A DNA stretch of 54,216 nt, filler included, from Streblomastix strix (GCA_008636045.1; 3 parts of 3 records of this genome joined end to end with filler, not necessarily neighbours in it); one strand, 5' to 3'. Positions 14,491 to 27,961 are shown, numbered from the whole stretch's first letter. The notes: generated by a model from the letters alone, not told the origin. Translations and numbers: made by a program.

Positions 14491-15606
14491 CTTTTAAAAA
14501 TTAATATATTAAAATTTTTTTTTAAAAATAAAAATTAAAAATAAAAAAAATTTATATTTATAAAACAGAAAATTTGTTCATTGTAATAAAAATATATTTT
14601 TAGAATGGAGAAAAATGAATTTTTTTAAAAAAACTAGATTTTTATTGAAATTGGGAATTTTATAAGAAAATAAATTTCATCATTGGGATAGTTTTTTGCA
14701 GACGGATATATCAAATCTATCTGTTAGTAGAAAACTCCATATAATGAATTTAAAGATTTTTATAGAAGGTTTTTCAACAAATGTTCCAAGGGACTATAAA
14801 TGGATAAAAATCCGAGTTAACCGTAAAAAAGTATGATGGATTATTTTTAGAAAAATATGACATATTTTATGAGGTTGGGATAAGTAAAATTGCTTAGAAA
14901 GTGCGTGATCCGCTTCATGAACTAATTAATTTTAAGGTAATAAAATAATAATTGATACCTGAATTAAAAAAAATTAAGAAACTTTTAATCATAATTAATT
15001 ATTTAAATTAAATACCATAGAAGTTAAGTTGGAGCTGAATATTTTAAAAACAGTTCGATTACTAAATATTTAAATTATTTGTTTTTTTCATGTATATTTG
15101 TTATACATGCCAAAATAATACGTAGAAATATATAAATGATTTATTTTATAAATTTATGTTGACCATCGTGCAAATTTTTTCTTTTAAGTACAATTCGCAG
15201 ATTTATAATAATTACAAATATATAATCGTAAAATTAATTCTAATAAAAAATAAGTATAATAAATTAACATGATTAAATAGTTTATGGTTTACAATATGCG
15301 AAAAAGGTGTTTTTTTTCAGAAATTTCTTAATTTGATTCCGATGCAGCGAAATAGTAAATGGTTTCAATTGCTATAATTTATGTATTATGTTTGCAGAAA
15401 CATGGATTTTCTTTAGAAAAATTAAATTCAAAACAGGTGGAAGATTTTCAGGTGTTAAAATAGGTTTAAATGAAAAAATAAAAAAATGGAAAAAATTATT
15501 AACAATTACTAATTTTAAATTAAAAAATTAGTTCAATATATATTTTTGAAATAATCTGAATAGGAAAATTTTATATTGTTTTGCTCATAAGAAATAACGC
15601 AAATAA

Positions 15607-18008
15607 ATGCTATTTTTCTGCATTTTTGCATTTGCAGTTACTAGATCATATGCATATATAGATCAATATCTACATACATCATTCTCATTTATTGCATTAA
15701 GGACCGGAATCGAATTTTATGCATAACAGAATAAATCGATAGAATACACCTTTGATATCTGTGTGAATATTTATAATTTTATTTTTAAAATTTCATTTAA
15801 TTGTTATTATTCAAAAGTAGACTACAATTACGCTGATGCTTAAATTTAAAAATTCAACAAATACCTCAAGCCAATAGGAAGTAATAAAAATGTAAATTAT
15901 GATGAATATTCGTACACAAAAATCTAATACGTATAATTCTATATTTCTACAAGAAAAATTCATTCTCTGACACTTCGAAAAGACAATTAAAATGATTCCT
16001 TCTTATACTCAATAATTATTCTCATTGCAGTCAGAACATTCATCTACGCACTCCTTTCTATTCTCACTAACAAATTGAAATTCAGTAAATAAGCCTAATT
16101 CTAGAATCATACATTGTTGCTAACAGTTGTTTTTCTTGCTTTATTGTATTTGCGTGATTTCGTCCATGCTGATCCAGTTAACATTTACGTAGATAACAAT
16201 GGAAATCTTGCTGATGGTACAAATTGTATTGATAATCCTTCAAATCCCTGTCAAACACTAATTTAGTAGTATCCTAATTAATACATTTAACCTTCTTCAG
16301 ATTATGATTTCACAATATACGTTATTGACTAATTCACAGTTAACTACTATACCAATATAGGAAAAGAAGAAACTGAACGTAAAATAACATCTTATTAAGA
16401 TATAAGAAAAGATTTAGTGTTTAATTCTTAAATGGGAGTTAATGCAGGAACGTTCATCTTTGAATTTCTTAACTTGAAATTAATTGGAACCGATGAAGCA
16501 GCTATTAGACAATCAGGAGATTAGACCAAAGTCGAGATCTCGAATTGTTTTGTTACTGGTGGATCAATCAAACAAAGATTAATATATAAGGATGATGAAG
16601 GCAATTTAACAATTGCAGATCTCACAATATCTGGATAAACTATTGAATAGCAATCATTCATTTCTGCTTTGTTTGGTATTAATATATTCAATGACTTTAC
16701 AATTACTGGTGCCAGTTAAATAATTGGAGACTTGTGGTTCTTTAATTTATATGGAGGAAACACCTTCTTCAACAATTTCACAATTAGTGGTAGTAGTACA
16801 ATTAATCAATATTTTTTTATGGAATGCTAATTGCTAAACTTGACAATAAATAACTTATCGATTAATGAAAGTTCAATTATCTAAGAAACTGGTTTTATTC
16901 ACATTGTTAGTGGGAATTCATCAGTTACAAATATGAATATATATGATGATAGCACTGTTGTTGGATCAGCATTAATCGATCCTGGACCAGGTAATAATTT
17001 ATTAAGTTAAATAGACTTTCATAATTGTACAGTGTAACCTAATTACTATCTTTTTGCTGCTACTGGAAACAATTAATTCAGTAATATTGTAGTATACTAA
17101 GCTTCAATGGAATAATACTTGATATACGTCTATTAAGCTAAATCCGTAACTATTGATGATCTATATGTTCATGATTTAACTAAATTATCTGCCCAAGTAA
17201 TCAACTTTCAATCTGGATCATTAACATTAACCAACTCAGTATTTGAGAGGTTAGAAAGTACTGTCTATTTCATAGGAGGGGTAATTTACATCAATATATA
17301 AAATGAAGCTGATAAGGTATAGATCACAAATTGCAACTTTACAGAGTGTACACGTGTTGATGAGACTCCAGGTGGGGCAATTGGATTCAACTTATACAAT
17401 AAAGGTCAATTAGAAATTGATGGGGCATGCAATTTCAATGAATGTGAAGCTATTGGTGGCTGTGCAATATATGGAATTGTTCAATCTGGTGCTTCACTTA
17501 TAATTGAAGACGAATGTTTGTTCTACAAATGTTCATATGAAATACCACATTCATCTGGTGCATTAGAACTGCATATTTAAGGTGGTGAAGTTATTATATA
17601 AGGTGCTTGTAAATTTGTTGAATGTATTTCTTAAAGGGGAGGAGCTATATATTCAATAATATAAAATAATGGACTTCTTAATATTGGTGGAGAATGTATA
17701 TTTGATCAATGTGTAAGTTCTTATGGTGGAGCTGGAGCAGTTTATGTAAATATTCAAAATTAAGGATAATTAATATTAGATAATGCTTGTTATTTTGACA
17801 AATGCATTAGTGAAGGTCCTTATTACGGAGGAGGAGCTTTGGATTTAATGTTATTTGAAGGAGGAGGATCAGTTATAATCCGCGAAGCTTGTGTATTTAA
17901 CTCATGCGAATGTATACAATCAGAAGGCGGAGCTCTAAATATATATATTCAAGATGAGGCTACAATGTTAATAGAAGGTGCATGCATATTTGATCGATGT
18001 ACAAGTGA
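15607..18008 (+). CDS. Secreted/surface protein with right-handed beta-helix (pectin-lyase/Pmp-like GGA repeats), 3'-partial
   Basis: Hydrophobic N-terminus MLFFCIFAFAV, then IYVDNNG..C..NPCQTL, then repeated ~30-aa units such as F..C....GGAIY, GGAL and GAGAVY. Frame 1 is open to the gap. The true start may be further downstream (~16110). Confidence 0.75.
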
Positions 18009-18108
18009 NNNNNNNNNNNNNNNNNNNNNNNNNNNNNNNNNNNNNNNNNNNNTTAATTAATTAANNNNNNNNNNNNNNNNNNNNNNNNNNNNNNNNNNNN
18101 NNNNNNNN
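18009..18108. other. Artificial contig linker (44 N + TTAATTAATTAA + 44 N)
   Basis: Six-frame TAA spacer between N runs, identical to the one at 36116-36215. Confidence 0.97.
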
Positions 18109-18110
18109 TT

Positions 18111-18374
18111 TACCGTGTGCTGAAATCTGTACACCCTGAAACTGGAATATCCAACCGTGCAATGGCCATTATGAACTCATTCATCAATGATATTTTTGAG
18201 AGAATTGCAACCGAAGCATCCAGACTCGCACGTTACAATAATCGCCACACATTAACTTCAAGGGAAATATAGACTGCTGTGCGTCTGTTATTACCTGGTG
18301 AGCTCGCAAAACATGCCGTCTCAGAAGGAACCAAGTCAGTTACAAAATACATGTCAAATGAGGCTCACGCTTGA
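18111..18374 (+). CDS. H2B: Histone H2B, 5'-partial
   Basis: [53 protein letters not shown](TAG=Q)[36 protein letters not shown]. Confidence 0.98.
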
Positions 18375-18404
18375 ACTTCATCACTTCATGTACACATAAA
18401 CAAT

Positions 18405-18420
18405 GGCGTTTATTAATGCC
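18405..18420 (+). promoter_or_regulatory. Histone 3'-UTR stem-loop-like element
   Basis: GGCGTT-TATT-AATGCC forms a 6-bp stem (one G.U pair) with a 4-nt loop, 30 nt after the H2B stop. The 5' flank is A-rich and AATAAA follows at ~18428. Confidence 0.6.
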
Positions 18421-18658
18421 TGTTGACAATAAATAAAAGTTTATGATAAGTAGATGCTTGGTTATCACTTTTTTGAGTAATTTTACTCCTTAAAAATTTT
18501 GGTACAGATTTCTAGTTAATTATTGATTATAAATTTGTATAAAACACTTTTATTGGCGAATGAGTAGAAAAACTTTTTATTTGATTGTGAAAATTTCTTC
18601 TATATGCATAGGTCGTGGAGCAGGAACGTTTTAAGGAAAATTTAAATAAAATTCTATT

Positions 18659-18829
18659 TATAATCATTAATTTCACATTTTTATAGTTTATTAAGTTACT
18701 TACATATTATATAATGCAAACAAATACGAATTAATATTTATTTATTGTATAATCGTTAATTTCACATTTTTATTGCTTATAAAGTTTCTTACATATTATA
18801 TAATGCTTATAAATACGAATTAATATTTA
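18659..18829. repeat. Two-copy ~89-bp tandem duplication
   Basis: TATAATC.TTAATTTCACATTTTTAT...TTACATATTATATAATGC...AAATACGAATTAATATTTA starts at both 18659 and 18748. Confidence 0.85.
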
Positions 18830-19055
18830 CTATTTATATAAAAATTTAGTTAAATTTCATAAAATATCAATTTTTAATTTATTTTTTCAAATTGATAATA
18901 TATTTGATGGTATAGTTAACTCAAATTTCTACAAACAAAAATAATAGCATTTTTCTGATAATTTGCGACTTTGAATCAAAAAATGCAATTCATTACAATA
19001 GTCAAATATTTGATATAATAATCATTTTATTTTAAATATTATTTCAGATATTTGC

Positions 19056-20529
19056 ATGAACGAATCAATAAAAGATCATGAGATTTTAGAATTGAAATAA
19101 AAATTGAAATAAGCTGAAGAGGAAAGAAATCGTGAAAAGAGTCAAAGAGAAAGAGAGAAACGTAGGGCAAACGATGCTGAAGCTGAATGTCAACGTTATT
19201 AAATCGAAAATTGCAGACTTGTCATGGATGTAGCAAACCTGAATAAATAACTAGCCGAAAGATCATATAATCTACCAAAGAAAATTAGTCCAGGTCCATA
19301 ATCTCAATCACCACCACCATAATGTATTACTATTAATTAATAAATTTATTTATATTAACTAATCTTTTCTAATAATATATTTTTAGAGCCTTAACCTGCT
19401 GGTTCAATTAATTATATTGCCATTCCGCCAAGTCCAGACTTAATTGAAATAAGTGGAGATACATTCACAAATATTTCTAAAGAGGCATCAACAATAGTCT
19501 TTGATCCTCCTATTACAAGTGGGATTGCTAGAATAGAAATTCTGAACTTGAAAAACTTAAACAGTTATATTATTATTTAATATTTTTTTAGTTACTAATT
19601 CTGAAATGATATAAATGATATTATATTAATATATACAGGTATTGGAGTTGCTCACAAATCTGTTAATTATAATCGAGGTGAACATCCAGATAAATCATGT
19701 ATTTACTTATAAAATAATATTGAATAATAATAAATTAATTTAATATTAATATTTTTAATATATTTTTTTTAAATAAATTAAATAGTTTTTATTCGAGAAA
19801 AAGTCGTAATGTATCACTCACAGTATGTTAATTTAATTAAAATTTAACATCTATATTACAAATAACTAATATTTATAATTTAACTCTATAATAATGATAT
19901 TTCTTTTATATTTTTATGTTATACTACTCAATATCTAGGTGCTATGTTTAGCAGATATTCACTCCGCTTTGGGGAAACAGTACTTTTCATGGTTCAGGCC
20001 ATAAAATGGCAATGGAAGTACGAATAACTGAAATTAATTAATTATTATTTAATATTTGAATGGAAACTACTAACTGTTTTACTAATGAATTAACTCTAAT
20101 ATATGTTATTATGAAAATATTATTTACATTATTTCCTTGTATTTATTTATAATAGTTGAATATGGTATCGAATCCAAGAACACTAACTTTCTTCGTGAAC
20201 AATATTGAGTAAAAGAACTACATTGTTGGTGTCATTACATCATTACGATTCTTTGTATGAATTAAAAATTAATAAAATAAAATAAAAAATAATAATTTTA
20301 TTTAATAAATTCTATCTAAAATTGTATCTACATACATAACACATATTACTTATAATCTATTTCCACACAGGCTAATCTATACGATGCAGGTTCGCAGTTT
20401 CAAGTAACTAAATTTGAATACATTTCTGAATCAGCAGCCAAACATGGACCTGGAACACGCGCACTTTAATGGGGAAAAGATTGGGATAGAGAAGAAAAAG
20501 AAGACGAAAAAGAAGACGATGATTGGTGA
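19056..20529 (+). CDS. Coiled-coil plus SPRY/B30.2-like domain protein, multi-exon
   Basis: N-terminal coiled coil (ELKQKLKQAEEERNREK). Exons encode STIVFDPPITSGIARIEI, IGVAHKS, KMAMEV-NMVSNPRTLTFFVNNIEQKNYIVG and ALQWGKDW...DDDW-TGA, separated by AT-rich GT-AG introns. The start is uncertain. Confidence 0.7.
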
Positions 20530-20784
20530 TGAATATTAACCTTTAACTAATTAAACAAATTAATAAATAATAGAGATTGTGAAATTGATATTTGAAAGGA
20601 TTATTAAATGAAAGCTATGCTGAATAAGATATAATCAAGTAACTTATAGCTGTATATTTAAAAATGAATATCTATTTTTTTAATATGTTTTTAACTCATT
20701 CCACTCATTCAATATTAGATTTTTTCAATCACGGTTATGTAAATTTCAACAATAAATAACAACGATTCCTTTAAGGTATTTTTT

Positions 20785-20926
20785 TCTATCAGCATCAAAA
20801 GTGTTCCAATTCCGACTCCCTTAGTGTAACGCCCTTTCGCCAAGTTGTTTCCAGCTACTAACTGTCTGAAAATGAAGTTATCTAGGAAGAACTGTTGCCT
20901 GTCTCTTCGTTGAGATAAACATTGAT
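20785..20926 (-). pseudogene. Beta-tubulin fragment with internal deletion
   Basis: INVYLNEETG, then a frameshift into QFFLDNFIFRQLVAGNNLAKGRYTKG. Compare beta-tubulin INVYYNEATG and [27 protein letters not shown]. Confidence 0.85.
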
Positions 20927-21336
20927 TCATATTATAATTATTTTCATTTCAATAAGAATAATTATAATTTAAGTTTAATTATAATTTAAATCTTGTAATT
21001 ACTGTAAAATCGATTTCTCAACAAAATAATGCAAAATTTCCGCTATATACTTGAATAGTTTTTATTTATAATAATATAAATTTCTTTAAAACATTATTTA
21101 AATTGGAATACAACCAATAAGTTAATATTTTATAAATACATTCAAACAAATAATATAAATAATTTGTTTTTAATTAAACTCAATTTAACTCGTTTGTTAC
21201 TACTTTAATTTATTTCAAATAATGTTATCTTTTAAACTAATTTATAATATATATTTTAATATAATTTTAAACATCAATATTATTTATTTTTATTATTTTA
21301 TTAGAGAAACTTGCAATTTCGCCTATTAATATTGAA

Positions 21337-22121
21337 ATGGGAAATACTATTGAAGGTATTTTATAATTTTTTTATTATATTAAATTTTCTTTTTAATACC
21401 TACTCATAATTAATAACAATTTCAATTAGCTTTAAAGATCAAAAATGCAGTAGCTATTATCATTTCATTTGCAACTTCATATGAATATAATAAAAAATCA
21501 AATAAAAGGTAGAATTAATAATAATCAAAATCTTCCTCTTCTCTGCCAGATACTGTCAATTCTTTTAACTTCCTTTATTTTCGAGAATGGAATAATAATA
21601 AATGTAAATTTATAACATAAATTCCTAACTTTCTCCATTCACTCACTCTACTTATTAATTATAAATACAACATTCACATCAATATTGAATAAGATTAATA
21701 ATCATATCAAATTAGAGATAGAAGTAGAAGATTGGTTAATTTCATTCATCAAAATGCTGATGAATAAGATTAATCTGAACTAGTTAATGCTGGATATGGA
21801 AGAGCACTAATAATATCTATAAGTTCTGCAGGCGGAATAGAAGAATATGGAGATTGGGAGCTCTTCAATGGATTGGTAAACATCTCCAGATTCCTCGGAG
21901 ATATTCATTAAGGGAAACGGTTTTATCAATCCTTCCCACCTCTTCCTGTACTTGCTAAAACTTGCGAGGAACAAATAGAGGAAGAAGGTGGAAGTGAAGA
22001 AGTAGAATCATAATTGATTAATAATGGGCATAAATATTGTAATGTTAAATATTATGCAGACTTAGTCAAAGTAAAAATATTGAACTTCTATATTGACCTT
22101 AGCAACACTAGACTAGATTGA
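21337..22121 (+). CDS. Lineage-specific helical protein with MG start (possible N-myristoylation)
   Basis: MGNTIE, intron ~21356-21429, then ALKIKNAV...ELVNAGYGRALIISISSAGG...FPPLPVLAKTCEEQIEEEGGSEEVESQL...TGA. Confidence 0.7.
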
Positions 22122-22487
22122 TATTAATGAGTCATATTTATTTTATTCTTTTTTAATAATTAGTACACTACCTGTGCTTTTATTATTATAGTTTTATTGT
22201 TATTGCACAATTTATTGATTATTCATAATTTTTTGTAAAAATATAACTGTAATGATCAAATAAATATACAATTTCATATAACTAATTAATATTGTATTTA
22301 TTAATTTTTTTAATTAATAATTATTAAAAATAATTTACTATTTTTCAAGATATAAAATAACTCATTTAGAAATTTTGTGAAATGAAATTATAATAAAAAT
22401 TTCACCAAAAGTTAATATTACTCACTCATTCTTAAAATTTATATCAATTTTCTTTTTTATTGATTATTATCTTTGATTATTGATTAT

Positions 22488-22772
22488 GATTAAGAATATT
22501 TTGATTAAGAATATTATTATTAAGAATATTACGATTAAGAATATTATGATTAAGAATATTATGATTAAGAATATTACGATCAAGAATATTATGATTATGA
22601 ATATTATGATTATGAATATTATGATTATGAATATTATGTTTAAGAATATTACGATCAAGAATATTATGATTTAGAATATTATGATTAAGAATATTATGAT
22701 TAAGAATATTTTGATTAAGAATATTATGATTAAGAATATTATGATTAAGAATATTACGATCAAGAATATTAT
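22488..22772. repeat. 15-bp minisatellite GATTAAGAATATTAT, ~19 units
   Basis: Perfectly phased 15-nt period with a few substitution variants. Confidence 0.95.
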
Positions 22773-22906
22773 GATTTTGAATTAAATTTAAAATATTATA
22801 AGTGTTTGTGAATTGAGATTAATAAATAAAAATAAAATTAATAGAGAAAGATATAGTTGTAAGAAATTGGTGTGATTTATTATTAATAAGTTTAATATAT
22901 TAATCT

Positions 22907-25900
22907 TCATTCTTATTTATTCTACCAAATATTTTGAGAATTAATCTCTTCAAATTCGCCTTCGTATTCAATTGATTCTTCAACAGTTTTAATCAATGAA
23001 AGAACTTCTTTAGCTTTTGGTTTTATTTCTTTTATTTTTTATTCATTCCAATAATATTTCTCAATCAATTCATCCAAATATTCATCAATTAATAATCTTT
23101 CAACTTTTACTTTAACAGCCAATGCAACTTTTTTCTTATTTTTATTTGATCCATATTTAAGAATATGGTAAATTAGTTGAAGATATTTAAGAGCATCAGA
23201 TTCATATTTGAAGATTTAATTTTCATAATTTCCATTCAAAATTGCATCATGATTATCTATTGAATAAATAAAATGAAAAGAATTGATTAAGAATAAAAAA
23301 TTAGTAAAAATAATTTCATAATCAAATAAATCAAATATATTTTACCTTGACATTCAGCTGTAAAAGCAAGTTCATCAAAATCAGAATCAATTTTGAGTTT
23401 TTCAATGATATCTTTTCTGATATCAGGAGGAAGTGGAAGTGTTCTGAAAAGATACGCAATTGTTTATGCAATTTCATCATGAATATCTTTATCTTTTTTA
23501 TTTTTGAATTATTGGATTAATTTTGATATTGTTCCATCTGATGATAACTATTGATAAAATGGATGTTATTATCCTTCTTCCAATTCTTTGGCTCCAAGTT
23601 TAATAACATTCAAAATTATCCAACTTACTTCTTCTCTGACATCTTTATCTGAAGATTCCTGCATTTTAATCATTGATTGAATTATTCCTTTTTCAAATAA
23701 TTTCTAATTTAATTCATTATTAATATCATACAGATGATTATAGAATATATTTAAATATCCAGATTTTACTTTATTTATAGAAAGAGATTTAAGAAGATGT
23801 AAAATATTATCATAAAATGAAGATAATTCATTTATTATTTCCTTATTATATTAATTATAAATTAGATGGCTTAATATTTTTCCACCAATATAAATTATTT
23901 CTCCTTCTCCTTCTTCTTTTGAAATTGCTTTTTCAATCATTTCATTCATCATATTTAATAACCCTGCTTTAGCCAATTCAATTTATTGTTCTTCACTTCG
24001 ACTTTATGCAATTCTTCCAATTTGTACAATTTCTTTCATTTAATCTGGATATGCATATGCATTTAAAAGATATTTAAATTCATCAAATTAATTAATTTAA
24101 CTTTAATATTTTATTATTTCATTAAGTGTTTCTTTTGTTATTGAATTTTATATAATTTGCTATGTTTATTTTGAGCCAAATATGAAGAGATTAAGAAGAA
24201 GATCAAGAGAATGATTTAATGTTGAGAAATCAACATTGGAACCTTATGACTTTTTTCTATGAAAAAAATAAAATAAAAATATGAGAAAGTGTGTAAATAA
24301 AAATATGAGAAAGTGTGTAAATTGAAATAATATTTATTTTTAATATATATTTATAAATTTCAATATTTCAAACTCTATATATTCAGACACAGTTTCAAAT
24401 GCTCCTTCTGAAATAATTAAATCATGATTATCTTAATTAATTGAAATGTATGAAAGTGATTGTAATGCATATCCTCTATTATTTATTTCATTAGATTTTG
24501 ATTAATCGCAAAAATATTTGATTATTTATTATTGGAGATTTGATGGAAGTTTAATTCCTTCTGAATAAAGTGCATCAAGAAGTTCAAAAGCAATCTTCCT
24601 ATTCTCCATATCACTTTCATCATTAAAAATAATATCTTATATTATTGTTATTATTATTTGTTATTATTCCAACTAAGCCAAATATGGATGAGGAAGAGAA
24701 GGATTAAGAAGTTATTGTATGTGAAGTTGAGATGAAGATTATTATTATAATTATTAAATTTATTACCATCCTTACTAAATGATATTAATTAATGTCCAAA
24801 GAATATATATTTGAATTTCTTTATTATTATTATTCAGTTTTGTTGTAAGAATCTAAATTATTCCAATTTAAAATAATTAATGGGTTTGTTAAGCAGATCC
24901 ATATTCACAAATTATTCCCAGTGCTCCAATTATTTATTTTGTTATTTTTTCAACTGGAATTCGTTTGATAATATCTATTAATTCAATAATGATATTTGTT
25001 TGTGAAGCTAAATCAGCATCTTCTTTTTTCTTTATTATATTTTTAATCATTTAAGAAACATTACAAATTATTTCTTAATTTAATTTATTTATTTCATCAG
25101 ATATTCTTTCTTATTCTTATACTTGAGTTGAACGAACCGCGAATAATGCATTCGAATGTTAGTTGAATAAATCTAATGAAGCTTCTTCAACATCCTTCAG
25201 AGAATTAATTTATTAATTTATTAGTTTCAATTATTCGAGTGAGATTTGTTCAGTTGGAGGCAGAGAAAATTATATTTATTAATTTGGAAATAATTAAGAA
25301 GATGAAGGAATTTTTGTTTAAGGTTATTATTCAGTTTAATAAATATTATCTTAAGGAGAAATTAAGAATTATTTTTGAATTTCATTCATTTCAGTTAAGA
25401 GATTATTATAAATAACTTATTTTATATCAGATATATGTAATGAATATGAAGATTCTGTTTCATATTATGTTATTTAATTATTTCCAGATTATTTCGATTA
25501 TTCAGCAGATTAAGCAAGTTCAATAGAAAGTGGAGAAATTTCTTTCATTGCTTATTCACCTGTAAAGAAAGGATGTTTCAATGCATCAGAAGCTGAAATC
25601 CTTTTCTTTTAGTCGAATGAAAGCATCTTTAACAGCAAATCCCAAATAATGTTATCTCTGATAATAATTGGTCGATCCAATCTCTGCGACATCATAAATC
25701 TATTAATGAATATATGTAAATATGAAAAATAAATTATTTATTAAAATATTTATTAATTAAATTATAATTAATTAAATTAAATAATTAATGTATTCAAACT
25801 AATTGATTTCCAATAAAGTTGTTGATTTGAATGGAAACGAGTGAGTGAGGAGCCAGTGAAGAATTATTCCTGCTGCCCAGACATCAGCCTATATTAATAA

Positions 25901-27427
25901 ATAAAAAAAGATTTGTAAATTGTAAATTATTTATTTAGAATAATATTAATAAATTTAAGGAAAATAATTAATAATTATTTATTTTTGTTATTAATACTTT
26001 TGAATCTGCTTTTACTTTATCACCATCTTCTTCAGTACCCAAAAGAAGTTCAGGTGGTAAATAAGGAAGTGTTCTGTTTGGAAATATTCATTTATTATTA
26101 TATTTTAATATAAAAATAATTAAATTTAATTAAATTGATGACATTTTGTGTCTAAATTAGATAAGTATATTAAATTAATAAATAATATATACCCAGCAAT
26201 TGACATTTAAGTTGTATTTTAATCATCATCTTTTTGAACATTAACAAGTTCAAAGTCGGTTAATTTTACTTACTATTTAAATACAATATATCAAAAACAA
26301 TAAAATAATTAATTTTTATATAGTTAATATTTTATTTATATAATAACATATAAATAAAAAAATTTATTATTTTTTTATTGATTTAAATTCTAATATATAT
26401 TTATATTATATTATTTTGTATACCACACGATCTGATCCAAGTGGAGTATGAAGAAGAATGTTTTATTCTTTAATATTTCTGAATAATAACAATATTAATA
26501 AATTAGAGGAATATGAAAATAAATACAAGCACATATAATAATGTTATTATTAATAAGAATAATTTATTTATTAATAATAATTTGTTCAAAAGAAAATAAG
26601 AATCAATGATGAACATACCCATGGATTAGTCCATTCTCATGCATTATACGAAGACTTTCAACTGAAATAATAAAATATTTAAAACAAGATAAAATAAATC
26701 ATTGTATTTTAAAAATTAAATATAAACAATAATTAATGATATTAATTTTAATAATATATAATTCATACGAATCTGCTTCATCAATACTCAAATCACTGGA
26801 ATTGGAAGGAATTTATTCGATGTAGTTATATTCTCCAAGTTCTGAATGAATATAATTAAAATAATAATTAAAAATATAAAACAAAAAAAAATTTTTAATA
26901 TAATAAAATTTATTATTATTATTGTTTAATAAATAATAAAATAGATTATACCCCAAGGTTGGCATATTCCGTCACTATTACTGCATATTCTTTGGTTTGC
27001 AATGACTCAATTAATTAAACAGCAAATGGATTTTGAATATTCCTGATTTAAAGAATTATAAAATTAATTTAAAATGTTCATTTTTATTAGATAATATAAT
27101 AAAAATAGGAATACTATGTAAGTTTGACGCCTTCTTGCCATTCTCTGAAGTTAAAATTTTCTTCTTCCATAACTTTCGCTGCAACAACTCCAAGATCTTA
27201 TTTATGCACTTCATATACGCTTTTAATATAAGAATCAATATTAGAGAATGATCAGAAATTTTAATGAAAACATTTAATCATACCGACCGAATCCACCTTT
27301 CCCTATAATATTTATAAATAATAAATATACTTTAATTAATAATTGCGTTTAAAATGATGTTTTGTATACCAAGCAAACGTATAACTTAAAATCCTTTGCT
27401 TTTGAGTAGCTGCTGTTCTTGTTCCAT
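22907..27427 (-). CDS. Ser/Thr kinase-like (predicted pseudokinase) domain, Q-rich linker and ARM-like helical repeats; many introns
   Basis: MEQEQQLLKSKGFQVIRLL-GKGGFG, VAAKVM, HGNIKEQNILL, TDFELV, GTLPYLPPE, DVWAAGII. A long helical C-terminal region ends at TGA ~22907. Confidence 0.85.
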
Positions 27428-27961
27428 AAGACAAACGACGAATAATACTGAAATATATCAAATAAATAATTTTAAGTTTTAGAGCGTGCGATGAGGCAAT
27501 AATAAGTTATTATAATATATAATTTTATTTGTTATTCTGCGTGTAATTCGCCAAGGAAAGTGGAAAAAAACTTCGGAATTTTTTGGTGAATATTATAGTT
27601 TGAGTATGAAAATAATGCTAAGATATTTTATGTGGATCTAATAATGTAAGATTAAAAGAAATTAAACGGTTCAATCCTTAGAAAAATTAAAGCAAAATTA
27701 TCTAGTTCGCTCTAAGCAATCAACAAGTGCAGAATAATAATAAAACTAGTTTTGTATGCATATATGCAAAATTATTATAAGTTTTAATTTTTTTTATAGC
27801 TAACATTGCAATACAAGAAATGAATGATTATTTAATATAATTTGGAAAAAAGATAAAATTACGTTTGCTAGTTCCAAAAATAGTAAGTGTAATTTATTTA
27901 TTCATAGCTAAATATTTCCATATTTATTATTTTATTAAAACACAATTTAAACCTTTATTAA

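Noticed and set aside
18009..18108. TTAATTAATTAA palindrome inside N runs (also 36116-36215) as a biological site
   Set aside because: It is an identical synthetic spacer between ~18 kb contigs, so no gene linkage can be inferred across it.
22488..22772. CRISPR-like array, or the MIKNI/IIFLI ORFs from the track
   Set aside because: It is a tandem repeat with no unique spacers in eukaryotic DNA. The track ORFs are simply the frames that lack TAR.
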